Position numbers and translations under genes: made by a program. From Rhizaria sp. SCN 62-66 (Eukaryota), in NCBI GenBank assembly GCA_001724265.1, contig MEDY01000104.1, positions 1 to 64,000 of the forward strand: a DNA stretch of 64,000 bases. Reading direction: 5' to 3'. Below are positions 1-13,900 of the stretch, piece by piece (within the stretch, counting starts at the first letter, position 1; each line of letters starts with the position of its first letter). Under the pieces are notes generated by a model. It was not told where the DNA came from. It was given only the letters and a program-made list of their open reading frames with translations, and ran no database searches.

Positions 1-1546
1 TGTGCATTTACACAATTCTACGACTTGCTCTTCATGCAGAAACCTCGGACTTGCCCACAGGGGTTAAGTTTGTACTTTCCAAGATAGTGAGATTTTGAGT
101 GGGCAGGCTACAGCACCCGATGGGTGATCCAGAGTTTGCCCGTTCAACAGTGTTTGAGCAGCAGCATGCCAAGGAAATTGCTGCGATTCGCGAGGCTCTT
201 TCTGACCGTGTGACGCACGACATTTTACATTAAAAAGCATGTGAGACGGTGACGAAGACGGCCCACGGTGAATTCCCCTCGCTGTGTCCAATGGTGGTGT
301 TTCTTGTGTAAATGATAGGCATTTAAATACATATAATTCGAATTATATGCTGATAACAGGTACTTTAAACACAGAAAACACACACTTTAAAGACAGAATC
401 CTTCCGTGTGTGTTCCCAGAAAACACCGCCCTAATATTAATATATGGAGCTTAGGAGGTCGTTGGGTGCCGTTTCTCTGTGGTTTTCCTGTGAGAGAGTC
501 CCTTTATGTAAAATCTCGCGCGTAACAGACCGCTGCCCCAAGCCTTCGTGCCGGCGGCTTGTTATTGACTGGAAAGGCTGCGCAGCTGTGTCGTGCATTC
601 ACAACAAACGGAAGCAGAACAATGACTCGTGCAACACAGGATCATATTAATATGACCACTGCTTTTGCGGCGTGTGTTTTAACGACGAATGGCATGGCTG
701 AAATGCACTCACACGTCTCTCAATGTTCAAAGCGTCACGGCTTGCGAACAAGTTTACATCCATCTCAAGACGAGTACGCGCGTTTGCGGACTGAGCGGTG
801 TGCAAAGCGTGTGCGTGATGCGTTCAACGCAATTGCTCAGTCAAAGCGGCGGGCAGTGGCGCAGTATTTTGCAAACAGCAAAGACACAGCGAAGGAGTTT
901 GCAGTGTTTCGCACAGAGGAATTCAAAAGGCTTTTCCTGAGTTGAGCGAGAGAGTACATGAGGCAGCAAGTCTATGCACACGACTGCGTCGGTATTCCCT
1001 GTATCTCATAACGTCCCTGTATCTCATAACGACAACAGAGTCGGGGAAGTTAGAGTGTAAGTTTAGAGCGCGATTCGAACACGACGAGTGTCATCGCGTC
1101 ATTAAAGTCAAAGTCAAGAATAAAAAAAAAAAGTGGTGTATCTAACTAACATAGCCAACACTAGAACGTGTGGTTTCTCGTAATGTATCGTAATCATAAG
1201 AAAAACCTGAAGTTTAAGCTTCTTAAGAAAAAATATGTTCAGGTCTGTCATGTGTGGACGCTAACTCACCTTTTATCGGACCGCAAAACTACAATCAAGA
1301 GTATAAATTAGTACAAAAATAAAGACATAAAACGAATCCTCTTTCACTAAGTACATGCGTATTAAAGTAACAAAGAAAGTGCCGAACAAACAAACTAACG
1401 AGACTAACTCATGTTCAAGTTCATGTTCATTCAATCTTTGAATCAATCACAAACCACATAAAACGGCAAAACTGCATATGACACAGCGACGAAACAATTA
1501 CTGTACAGAAACTAAGGCCGAGAAAACGACTGTGCTCATAAACAGT

Positions 1547-4500
1547 TCATACGTCTTCGTCATCGATTTGCCCCGGCAACGGCGTCGCCCGGCCCCGAGG
1601 CGTCTGCGTCGCCAGTACGGCATGCGCATGCGCATTGGACGTTGCACTGGCATTGACGCCACCACGCGCGCTCTCATCCCCGTTGCGCGCGTTCCCTGCA
1701 GCAACAGCAGCAGTAGAATCAGACTCGTTGCCGTGTGCCATAACAGCGTTCGTCGCTGTTTTATTGCGGAAACTCGGTAGCCCGGCCTCTAGATCATCCG
1801 CCATTGCGGGCGTAAACCGCGCACTCGCGCGCGCACTGCCCCGTACACTCATATGACCGCCACCAACGACGCCATCGACACCGCCGTTGTTGTTGCTATT
1901 GCCGCCGCCGCTGCCTGCGTTGTCGTGCACCGAGGCCAGCCCAAGCGCGGGGACAGGCCCTGGCGCCGTCGCCGTGACGGCAGCGGTCGTTGCCGAGCCG
2001 GCGGTAGTGCGCCGTTTGCTGTTGAGCAAACCTGCGGGCGCCGGCGGAGTTTCGGTGAGATTGGTGATCGGGTAGCCGCCGCGCAAGTGGCCCAAATGCG
2101 CACTCGCGTTGTTGTTACTGTTACCGCCAGCAACGCCGCGAGGGGTGCCTGTTGGAGTCATTGCAAGCGCTGAATCAGGCCGACGCGGCGGATGCACTCC
2201 ACTTGTATTATTGGCAACATTCGTCGTTGTTGCTGCTGTTGCTCTGTTATTGGCGGGGGCGGCGACGGCGTTGGGCGCGAACAAAGGGAAACCGGGCGTC
2301 GCTTGCCCCGAACCACGGGCACTCACAGGTGCAGCGTTGTAATTGCTTCCTATGTTATTGTTGTTGCTGTTGTTGCTGTTGTTGTTGTTTGTGGTGCGAC
2401 GCCGTGCCGAGATCAGCTCGACAACACCCGCCGTCAGCGTCTCAACAAAGCCCGCTTGCGGCAAGGGAGCGCCAACGCCGGCCTCTTCCTCGGCCGCGGC
2501 AAGCAAAGCGGCCTCTCTGAGCGCCTGGGAGCGGGCAGTGCCGGGCCGGGACATGACTGGACCGCTGACAATACCGCCAACCCCAGTGTTGTTGCTGGCA
2601 CCGCGAGCACTCGATGGACGCGATAACGCACTGTTAGTGGTATTGGTACCAGCGACCCCGCCGCCGCTGTAGCTGTTGCTGGCGTTGCTATTGCCGGCGG
2701 TGGTAGTAGAGTAGGACGAGTGGCCGTGGACCTGCGCGCGTGCTTGCGCATACGCCTGTGTGCCGACGATCGGCGGTAACACAAGCCCAGACGTACCCTG
2801 CCCCTGCTGCCCCGGTCGCTGCGTTTGATGTGCCTGCTGTGGGCCGTAATGCTCGCTGTTGAGCTGTTGCTGCAGTGAAAGCACAGGCCCTGGCGAACGC
2901 GCAGATAACGCTACTGCTGACACTGACGCTGTTGTAGCAGGCGTGACAGCCGGGAAGGCACCGCCACCGCCGCCGTTAATACTGCCACCGTTGTTGTTGC
3001 TGCCAACACCGGTTGCGAACGCGCTGGTACGGCCCGGGGTGTCCCCCCAGACAGCGACGACGTCGTTGCTATTGCGGCCGGTTGTCCCGCTACTGCTGTT
3101 GTTGCTACTGTTGTTGTTTTTGTTGCTGGATGTGCGTGGAGTAACCTCAAAGCGGACTGGGTCGACTGCACCGCCGGCTTGTGCTGTGTCGCGGGGAGAC
3201 CCCGGTGGCGCATTCATGTTTTGACCGAGACCAGCATCGCCACTTTGACGGTGACTGTAGCCGCGACCGAGAGCCGCGGCGTCGGTCGCGTCGACGTGGC
3301 GACGTGCCAGCTCTAGGTGTCCATGTGCAACCGCCGCCGCGGTGCCTTCAGTCGCGGTAGTCGTCGCCCCGGCTGTAATCGCGGCAAGCGCGGGCGCTGG
3401 CGCTTTGGCTGAGTACGACCCAGTCAACGGCTTGGAATCAGGCGGCAAACGGTCAAATCCATCGTCTTCCTCCTCATCCTCCTGCTGCTAATGTTGCGTG
3501 TCACCATCTGGTCCGCCGGCAGTAATAATAAACCCAGGGCCGCCAGGTGTTACGTAGGACCCGCTTGCATTTACACCGCCATTGCCGTTGCCGCTGCCGC
3601 TGCCAATGAAGCCGTAGGCAGACGCAGGCCTGCTGTGGCCGTGGCTGTGCCCGTGCGCGGGTTTGTTGGACATCGAAGCCATCTGAACCGATCCGCTATG
3701 GTGCTGCTCGGCGTCACCAGTCTCCCCCTGATTGCCGTGGCCGTGACCGGTTCGCGTGTGACTGAGCTCGAGTTCGTGCCCTGGATCCTCCATCTCGGGC
3801 TCTGTTTCGCCGGAAGCGGCGGCGCGACGGCGCTCTTCAGCGTGCCTACGCTCAACAATGAGGTCGTACGTGCTGATACCACGACGCCAGAGGTAGAAAT
3901 GCAGCTTCAGCAGGCTCGCGACCTGCCATGCGACCAACAAGGCCAACGCAGCAGGGACGCAGAGAGCAGCGCGTAGCCCCGCCAGTGAAAGTCCGTCAGT
4001 GCCGCAATGCGCGCGCACCCGCAACAGCAGCAGCGCGGCGTCGACGCCGTCGCCGGAGGACGCGACAAGCGCCCAGACGCACGACGCGGCGACCGTGAGC
4101 ATGAGACCGAACACAGAGCAAAGTGCGATGAAAAACGGTTTGTAGTTCTTAGACCCGACGCAAGTGTTAAGCCACACGCAGTGGTGGTCAAAGTCGTGCA
4201 CGCATTTGTTGCACGCGCGGCAGTGTTTTGACCGTGGATAGACGGAGTTGACGCAAAAAACGCACCAACGCATGTCCGAGGGCGTGCTTGCTTCGCGTGC
4301 AGCTCGTGTTTCTTCGCTTTCGCCTGCCCACGCGCGGCGGCCTTCGACGCGACCGTTGGCATCCAGTGGGTTGATGATGGTCGCGGTGGCGGCTGAGGCA
4401 ATGGTGCCGGCGAGGAAAAGATTGTACAGTGCGAGGCAGAGCGCGAGCGGCCAGTCGGGAGGGTATGCGGGGTAGAGAATGGTGTAGAAGAACGCGGTGA

Positions 4501-4603
4501 AGCCGGAGAAGAGAACCCATGAGGTGACTTGGAGTGGGTGTAAGGGAAGCTAAAACCCGGTCGTGCGGATATACAACGCGTCAGGGATCGGGTTCGAGCT
4601 CAT
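1547..4603 (-). CDS. DHHC-type protein S-acyltransferase (ZDHHC1/11 or plant PAT19-22-like), ~1018 aa with a long low-complexity C-terminal tail; contains two in-frame TAG codons (4550-4552, 3488-3490)
   Basis: One continuous frame from ATG 4603 to TGA 1547-1549 if TAG is read as sense. N-terminus RTTGF[TAG]LPLHPLQVTSW resembles the RxxG(W/F)QxPxHxLQV start of this subfamily. Two hydrophobic helices follow, then CVFC..V.PRSKHCRACNKCVHDFDHHCVWLNTCVGSKNY (DHHC-CRD), two more helices and ISTYD (TTxE-like). Confidence 0.9.
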
Positions 4604-5253
4604 TTTCACACGCACAGAAGCGACTAGATCAGCTGTATGAGAGGGTGTGCAGCTACAAGAATGCTCCGAGACGAGGAAAGGTTTCTTCTGCGTTGTAGCC
4701 GCTGTGAGCGGGCGCAGAGAGGGGCACCTAGCGTGCGTGCGATGCCCCGGGGGTCGGTCGAGCGGCGCGACGCGGAAAGCGCGGGGCAAAAAAAGTAGCA
4801 AGGACGCGGGTAGCCCGAAAACTGTGCTCTAAGAGGCACGGCGCGAGGCGACAACGGGTTGCGGCAGTCGAGAACAAGGCAAGGCGATAGGGGTAATCAA
4901 ACGTGAGCCTTTTTGAAACCTAACTTTTAAAAACAAAATTATGTTGCGTATTAATCGTATAAATGGCTGTAACAATGTACTATCACGGATGTAGAATTCC
5001 TGGAATCGGCTTGAAATGTGGCACCAACTTCAAACGGCAACGATGACTCCATCTCTGTAGCCGTTGCAATCAACTGTCCCAACAAACGCTCTCCTGACAT
5101 TTTTTCGAGTCTTATCAGTGATAGTGCAAAGTTTATGTTAGAGATGCGTCGTAAATAGTTTTGAGCTGTATTATTAAAGTCAAATCTTGATAAAGTCCTC
5201 TCTAAATAGTCAAGTTTATAAATCTCAGTGCGACATCATGCGGTGACTTGGTC

Positions 5254-8200
5254 TTAGTCGTCGTCCGCCGCCGCCGCAGCAGCAGCAGCTCCGGCGGCCG
5301 CCGCTTCCGCAATCACAACAGCGTCCGCAGCCGCACGCTCCGCCTCAGTATCAGCGTCCTGCTCGTCGTTCTCATCCACCTGTGCCGCTTTGTAGCCACC
5401 ATACTGACGAGTCGCAACAGCATCACTATAATCTTCAGCGTCAACTTCGCTATTGATGCTGATGTTGTAATAAGAGTCAGCCCTGCGCACAGCGGAAGCC
5501 GCGGGCATCGCTGCTGCGCGCGCCGCCGCCGCCCTCGCCCTAGCCGCCGCCGCAGCGGCAGTCGCAGTCCGCGGGCTCAGGTCACCACCAAGGCTTACAA
5601 TGTCCTTCTGACTCTTGTGGCCGCCGTGACTGAGATCGCCGTCATTGCTATTGGTGTCGCTAGCGCTGGCCATGAGTGCAAACCAGAGGTCAACAGTCCG
5701 CCAGCGCGCCGCCATATCACTGGGACGCAGCGGCAGTACACCGAAAGCAGCGCTCTTGTTGTTAAGCTTGCTAGTCCTGGTACTGGTAGTGGTGGAATCA
5801 TCATCATCATCGTCATCGCTGTCGTTATTATTGTTGTCGTTAGCTAGCGTAGAGCCGCGCACGAGCAGATCCCATTGCCCAACAGCCCCCGCCTCAGTAC
5901 TATGGCCCCCCGCCTCGTTACTAAGGCTATGACCCGACTCCGCAGCCTCAGCAGCCCGCACAGCGCGCGCGGCCTGTAAAAGACAGCGCAAAACGAACCT
6001 CGCTGAAGGGTCTAAGTGGGCCGTGACGTCAGCGTACGCAGCGCGCGCAGCCGCAGCGTCAGCTTCGGCTAAGAGGAGACCGGAGCGTGCAGCAACGGCC
6101 TGGTCACGCAGCTGCGCCAGCCGCGACTGTAACCCCCGAATAGACAGTGTCAACTCAGCATTCGCACCATTGCTTTGGTTGAAGTCGTCATAACTGTCGT
6201 TGGTATAGTCGGAGTAAGCGTTGCCAGAGTTGGCGATAACAGCAAGTGCTGTGCTTAAGCTATTACTATTCGCACTGTTATTGATGTTCTTGTTGTTGAT
6301 GTACTTGTTGTTGCTATCGGCAGAGCGCGCGGACTGAGAATCGTTTGCATTCACATCGCTGTTAACGCTGGCGTGGCTGTTGCTGTTTTGTGATGTTGAT
6401 TCGCGAGCGCTGCTTGAACCTGAAGAAGCAGCAGCAGCAGCAGCGCGAGAGGCTGCGAGTTTGCTGTCAAGCGAAGCTAAAGTCGCGCGCAATGGCGGCA
6501 GTTGCAACAGTCCTGTGTTCGGATCAATCTTACCGCCACGTGCACTGTTATTACCACTCAAAGTAGCGTTAGAGCCAGCATTTGCGCTGTTGTTGCTGTT
6601 CGAAGCGTGACTGTGTGCAAGTGCACGGGCAAGCGCCTGCGCCTGAGCTGACCGCGAATAGAGCTGTGAATGCGAGTTAGAGAGACTGCTGCCGTTGTTG
6701 TTGTTGTTGTTGTTATTCTTGTTGATGTAGGGAGCGTTGATGCCCGTGGCGACAGCGAGCGCGGCGGCAGCCGCGATGTCGGCTTTGTGTTGTGACACTG
6801 CACTCAATGGCCGGGGACCGAATGCAGGCTTCGACACAATCATAGCCGTCGTCTCCTCAGCAGCAGCAGCCGCGGTCGCAGCGCCAGCGCCAGTGCCAGG
6901 GCCGTTGCTCGAAAGCTGTTTTGGCCGAGAGTTGGGAGTGTTGTTGCTGTCGTCGCCCTCTGATTCCCCGTGAAAAGCTTCAGTATCATCGCCAACATCA
7001 CTATTGTTGTTGTTGTTGCCACTAATGTCGTCGTTTTCATCGCTGAAACACGCAGTTCGCTTCTTCTTCTCAGCACTTGCCTGTGACAGCGACTGCCACT
7101 GAGAATGTGTCTGTGACAACCCAGTGTCAACAAAAGTGTTCGGCTCAGGGTCGCGAAGGCCTAAAAGCACCGCTAGAGACGCTGACGCTTCAAGTCCTCC
7201 CGTTCCAGTCCCATGCACGACATCCTCGTCCTCAGAGTGGCCTTGGCCGTGAGCGGTGTTTTTAGTTAAGCCATGGGGGTTATCGAAGCGTCTAGTACGG
7301 CCAGCGCCAGGGAAAGCAAACAGCTTCAACCTCTGCGGTTGTTGCTGCTGTTGTTGTTGCTGGCGGCGGAAGGTCTTACTAGCATCTGCCGCAGTCGCAG
7401 AAAAGCCGTTACCAGTGTCACCCAACAAACTACCCTTAGCGCCACCAGAAACCCCGCCACTGCCGCCAGTATAGCAGTAGCCCGCATGCACACTCGAGTT
7501 GGGGTCCACGTTGTACATCGCGCCGTGCTTCGCGGCGAGCAACGCTTCGTCCAACGCCGCCTCCAGATCAGCCCTCCGCCCGCGCAAGGTTGCCAGCAGG
7601 GGCGCCAGCAGCCGCGACCGCGCCAGCGCCCGGTCCCTCTCGGCAGCCACGCGACCCAGCTGATCCAGCCCGCGGGCGAGCGTGACGTCGGCGCGGGCGC
7701 GGCGGCGGCGGGCGCGGTCCAGCGCGCGGCGCTGGAACTGCAGCTCCGTCACGAGTGCCTCCGTGTCCGCCAGCGCGCGCTTCGTAGTGTCGTGCACTTG
7801 CGAGTGCGTGAGCTGGAGCAGGGAGAGCTTGGTGTCGCGGATGCGTCGCAGCATCTCCGTCTTGAGCGAGTCCACCTCGATCGCGTGGCGCGCGGCTAGT
7901 TGCGCCAAATCCTGCGCAAGTGCCGCGTGCTCGCCGACTACAGCGGCCTTCAGCTCCTCAACGCGCGCGACGAGCGAGGGCTTATCGCGCTGGTATTGCG
8001 CGGTGTCGAGGTTGCGCGCGCGGAGCTCCTCCGTCTCTGAGATAGTCCGGCGCACCTCCTCCTGTTGCGCCAAGGTCAAACCACGCAAGGCGGCGGCGGT
8101 GGCGGCCTCTTCGGCCTCGGCGCGGCCCAGTAGGGCGGCGGCAGCGGCCGAGAGACGCCGGGCGTCACCCTGACGGCCCTGGAGGGCGAAGCGCAAGTGC

Positions 8201-9181
8201 TCAACCAGTTGCGATTGAACCTAAAGAAAATCGTTAGTGGCAAAACAATAGAAAAAAAATGTGAGATAACGGTTTAACATTGTGACAAAATAATATAAAT
8301 TTTATATATCAGGATTACTCCATTTGTTATTCATGATAGGGTGCGAAAAGTACCTGCGCGTGGTGAGCGAGCTGCAGGCGCAACTCCCGGGCTTCCCAGC
8401 GGCGGCCGAGGTTCTCGGTGACAGCAGCAGCATATCGAGCGCGTGCACGCTCAGCTTGGTCGGCGGCGCGAAGGGCGTCGACTTCGGTGAGGAGGTTTTG
8501 CTGCGCGCGGGTCAAGGGTGGCAGCACTGGCACAGAGCCGTCATTACCGTTGCTGCCGCTGCCGCCGCCGCTGCTATTGTTGTTGTTGGTGGAGTTGTTG
8601 TTCAGAGGAGGGCTGGAGCTAGGGCCGGGGCTAGAAGCGGAGCTAGGGCCCCGGCCGCTGCGCTGCTGCTGCTGGGTATTCGCGCCGTTCGCGTTCGCAG
8701 GAGCGTTGGTGTTCGATGAGGTAGTCATATTCGAGTCAGAAGCGGCCGCTGCGGCGGCGACGGCTCCAGATGCGCCGGTTGAGGGCGGCGGGGCGGGGCC
8801 GTGTGCGCGCGCAGTAGCGCCCTCTGCACCAGTCAACTGCTGCTGCGGTGACGGGGCTGTGGCGACGTGGGCGACCGCGCCGCTGTTATCAAGCGAGAAC
8901 AGTAAACGGCTCGAGGGAAGCAGGGGAACGGGGCGTTCAACGCCCGGGATAAGCACGAGCGGACCCGTTGAGGTGAAGTTGAACATGTCCTTGGATGAGC
9001 GGACTAGCGCTGCGGAGAATGCGGTGGCTGCGGCGGCCGTGACGGACTGGGACGAGGCGGATGTGTCGGCCGCGGAAGTGTTGGTGTTGTTATTACCGCG
9101 GAGAGGCGGGGACTGCTGCGAGGGGGGCTGTGTGGGCACGGAGGAAAGCGCCTGCGAAGGCACCTTCGCGGGTGAAGACAT
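5254..9181 (-). CDS. Coiled-coil protein, CFAP157-like (cilia/flagella-associated); exons 9181-8354 and 8220-5254
   Basis: AT-rich phase-0 intron 8353-8221 (GTACTT...TAG) joins LAHHAQ|VQSQLVEHLRF in frame. The segment LKTEMLRRIRDTKLSLLQLTHSQVHDTTKRALADTEALVTELQFQ resembles the conserved CFAP157 core, from memory. Ends in TAA. Confidence 0.65.
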
Positions 9182-9748
9182 GAAAAAATGTCTTGTCGCT
9201 GCGTATCCTGCTTAGTGAGAGAAAAGTGCTGCGGGTAGGAAGAGACAGGGAGAAATAAGAAGGGTGAGCTGGGTGGTCCTTACGTTTCTGCGACTCGATA
9301 AACAACGGTCTGGCACGATATGAAGCAATACTTTCTCGAAGTTCGATTTTGATAATAGAATGAACAAACACAAAAGTATCTATAAAATTGTCTGCATAAA
9401 TGACAACGGCTTTTGTAAGTGAGAAGATGATATTTTCGTCGCATGCACACATCCAGCTGTGGAGATCGGTCTCGGCCGTTTCTCTTCGGCCCTCACCTGA
9501 GGCACTGAGTTTCAAGGCGTATATCTCGCTCAGTCTTCCGACTGAATTCATGATAGCACTATATATATGTGCTCATGTTGCCTTGATGTGTTATTACTCT
9601 TTGCTTTTTGATCTAGCTTTATCCTTTCTTCCCTACCGGCTTCCCCGCGAAACCGCTGACCGGACACCTCACCTCTCAGTCGCGCCCCCCGCGCCCGCTC
9701 CCCTCCCCACCGCCCTCGAGGCCCCCCGTTGCCCGGCCCCGCCTCGCA

Positions 9749-10054
9749 ATGAGCGACCGCGCTCCTGCGCCTGCGGGCACGACGGTGTACCGCTACGACG
9801 CTTTCACCAAGTCAGTCCCTTCACTGGCGATTACGCGCCCGCCACCCAAGGTTGTCCTGGGCTCAGCCTATCAGGACGCTGCTAAGACGGGATTCCGATT
9901 TTTCCCGTTGCTAGACCAGCTTGGCCCGCAAGCCGCGCTTGCGCTGGAGCCCCGCGCTGACCGTCCGCTTGTTGCTCTGCCCGAAATCAAGGGCTCTGGT
10001 GGTAAGAACAACCAAGCTAGCGGCCGCGGCTCCAAAAAGCAACAGCAACAGTCG

Positions 10055-10088
<34 letters not shown>

Positions 10089-10210
10089 AGCAGCGTAGGG
10101 CCGCTGTTACTGATGCCCACGCGAGCGCTAGTTGCAACACTGACGTTGATAGCTATGGAACTGACGGCTCTGCTGAGAGCAAGAACCACAGTCAAAGTCA
10201 CAATATGAGC

Positions 10211-10244
<34 letters not shown>

Positions 10245-10252
10245 TCAGCAGC

Positions 10253-10299
<47 letters not shown>

Positions 10300-10503
10300 C
10301 GCAGGTTCGCAGGCTGACGCTGACGCCGATGCCACAATGTACGGCAACGACAGCGAATGGCAGAATGACAGCGACGCCGACAACAACAACGGCAACAAAA
10401 ACGCGGCTGCTTTTGCGAACACAGATGCGAGCTCTACGGCAAACAACACAACGATCGCCTCCAAACCTCAGTCTAGTCATACCAACACCAGCGGTTCCTT
10501 TCG

Positions 10504-10535
<32 letters not shown>

Positions 10536-10936
10536 CTGATCCATTTGACCCTGCGTTTGCCAACACCCTCCGTCCCCCCATGCCCACCAACAACAACGTC
10601 AGCGGGGACAACGCTCACATTGTAAGTGCTGGTAATGTAAGTGCCCGCGCGCCCCCCGCGTCCGCCCGTGGCACCGGCGGCATCTCGGCCTCCTCGGCCG
10701 GGCTGCCGGGTGATCTGGGTGCGGCGGGCTTCCTCGCCGCTGCTGCCGCAGTAGCGCCCGTCGCCAGCGCCGGCGCCTCTTCTTCACCCTCGTCCTCGTC
10801 CTCTGCTGCGGCTGTAGCGGGGGGTGAAAAGGGCTCGGGCGACGCTGAGTACAACGACGACGGCTTTAGCGGCGACGGTGATGGTGAGGTATCGTATCTG
10901 TATGCTGACGGTAACGGCAACAGCCAGCAGCAACAA

Positions 10937-10972
<36 letters not shown>

Positions 10973-13900
10973 GGCCCTGCCGCCCCGAACCACGGGCAGC
11001 CGCAGTCCCACTCGAGTCACAGCGGTGCGACTACTACCTCTAGCAGCTCTCACAGTCACTCTGCCAGCCACCGCCACAACAACAACAACAATAACAACAA
11101 TAACAACAACAACTATGCGGCGGCTTATAATAGCAATGTGTATAACAGCAGTGCCTACCCGGCTGCGGTGGAGACCGCGACTCCCTACGGCGCTCTGGAT
11201 CCTTCCCCGCGCTCGCTCCCTGCAGCTTCCGCCCCGTTCACTCTCTCCGCCTTGCTTCGCGACTCCCCTTACGCCAAGCCCGCCATGGTCCCCTTCGCCG
11301 GCCAATACCAGCGCGCGAATAGCTATGCACTGACGGGGGCGCACGCGCAGTCCCCGAGGGCGGCGGAGAGGGCGCGGGCGCGGGCGGACCACGCTCGCAC
11401 TGCCGCTCTGTATGCGCGCGCGCAGAGCAGCGCCTCTAGCACTGGCGCAAGCAATGAGGAGGCTGGTGATGATAATGATAACAAGAGTAATCTTCGTAAC
11501 AAAAGTGGCGGTGGCACTGCTGGTGGTAATAACGCGCGTGGGAGTAAGAATAGTACGCGTTCTATCGGTGCACGCAAAGCTGTTCCCGACCACAACTACA
11601 ACGCGGAGGAAAACAACGCTGACAACGCGGATGAAAACAACGCAGACAAGGCCAATAACGACAACGCTGACAACGGCAACGCTGGCAACGCCAACGGCAA
11701 CAACAACTCTGACGACGACCAGAACAACGACAGCAAAACTAGCTTTAGTTACGACGCTACGTCATCATCGTCGCAGTTACAGTGTCGGGCAATGGGACAG
11801 ACTGGTCCCCGTCACGAACGCATCGCCCCCACCGCCACCGGCTTGCAAAAGGGACGCAAAGAAGTCGCCGACCTCCGCGCCCGTGCTGAGGCTCAAGAGC
11901 GTGAGGCTTTCGACTTGCAGGCTCGAGTAACGGCTCTCCGCACTGCCCACCAGGCCGCCGTGGCCGCCGAGCGCGACGCGAAGCACAGAGAGCGGGTCGC
12001 GCGGGCAGCGGCGGGCGCGGCACAGGCGCAGAAGCAGGCGCAGGAGCAGCAGCAGGCGCGGCAGCGGCGGTTTGACGAGGACGCGGCGGCCGGGGAGCGT
12101 GCGGCTGAGCGTGCAGCCGCCGCGCGTGCCGCCGCCGCCGCCCGCGCGGCCGCCGCCCTGGCCAGTCCAGTCGACGGTGCATCGTGGGATGACCGTCAAC
12201 GGGCTCAAGCTCGCGAAGCCGCCGCCGCTGGGGAAGCCAAACGGGAGCGATTTCAGACCGTGTTGCGTGAGAGTGAGGCTGCGGCGGCGCGCGCCGAGGC
12301 CGCCGCTGCTGCCCGCAGCGCTGCGGCTGCGGCCGAGCTCGCGCGCCGGCAGCAACGGCACGACAAAACCGCCGCAGAGCAGGCCCGTGCCAAGGCTGAG
12401 GCTGACGCGGCCGCCGAGGCCGAGAAGCGCCGCCTGCTGGCCGAAGCGGAGGCGCGGCGCGAAGAAAGGGACGGCGCTGTGCGCGCGCGCAGCCGCAGCC
12501 ACGCCCGCGCAGTCGCTGCCGTTGCCGCCCGGGAGCGCAGCGCGGAGGCGGCTCGCGTCGCGGCTGTTCAGGCGAAGATCGAGCAGCGTGATGAGAGGCT
12601 GGAAGAGCTGCAAAGGGCGCGGGACGAGCAGCGCACGGAGGCGAGGGACCTGTCGCCCGTGCCGCTGGCGGAGAGGTCGGTGAAGATCAAAGAAGCGCGC
12701 GCGCGAGAGAGGGCCACGGAGGAGGAGCGTGTTGCGCGTATCGAGTCACAGAGGGCTGCGAAGGATGCTAGGCTGGCGACGCTGCGTGAAGGGGAGATCG
12801 AGGCGGCGGCCGCGGCCACGCAGGGGTCGCCGCGCGGACTGGCCGGCACGCAGCGCGGCGGCGGCGGAGCCGGGTTTGCAACCACTGGCGTCGCCAGGCC
12901 GGCGGCGACCAAGGAGGAGCTCGAGGCGGGCTCACTCGAAGTACAAGTACGCTCATATCTTTATATATCCGCACTAATCTAGAAGTTTGTTTGTATATTT
13001 GATAATTTCACTTTATTTTTTGTTTAGATTATTTTGTTTTGATTCTAATGTAGCTTGTTTATCTCTTGTTATTTTGTCTTCCTGTTTCTCACTTGGGCAT
13101 GCTTTGTTGTTTGTGTGTTGCTTCCTATCTATCGTGTAGCGTTTGCGCGCTGAACAAGACGTGCGTCTGCTAGACGAACAGATTGCACGGCTTGCACTGG
13201 AAGAGCAACGGTGGGCTGAGTGGGCTAAGAAACGTGAAGAGCGTGAGAAAGAGAAGGGCTCAACTACGGGCTCAACCTCAACCTCAGCAACCTCTACTGC
13301 AACTGCGACACCTGCGGAGAAGAAGAAACGGACTGCACATGTTGTGAGTCACACAAAGAAGAAGGCTGATGCGAAGCCTGACTCTGCCAACGCGGATGCT
13401 AATACTGAGGGTGAGGGTGAGGGGGATGGTGATGATGAGACGAATGCGAGTAACAATTCCGGGTCTGCGATCAAGTCTGCCGGCACTGGAGCGAAGACGG
13501 CCAGCGCTGCTGAGCCTGCGACTGCTGCTGCCACGCAGCCGGTGACTGCTGCACTCGCCGCTGCGGCGACTGCTCGTCGGTCGCCACCGCCCCGCCGCAA
13601 GCCCACCGGCTCTAAAGAGACTGCTGGCTCCAAGACTGCTGGTGAGACTGCTGAGCCTGAGAGTGAGTCGGGGGCTGGCGCCGACGCTAAGACGGGTGCT
13701 GGTGTCCCGCCTAAGGCGAAGGCCGAGGCCAAGAGCAGTAGTCGCAGCCGCGGTACTAGTCGATCTCCTACTCGCAACAACACCAGCAGCAGCAGCAGCA
13801 GCAGCAAGAGTAGTCACGCGAACGGTCGTGGAAGCCAGAGCGCTGACGCTGATGCTGATGCTAAGAACGACAGGGACAGCAACACCAGTAGCAGCGGTAA

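Noticed and set aside
12980-12982. TAG ending the 9749-12982 track ORF
   Set aside because: It is inside the predicted intron 12947-13139, so it says nothing about the code.
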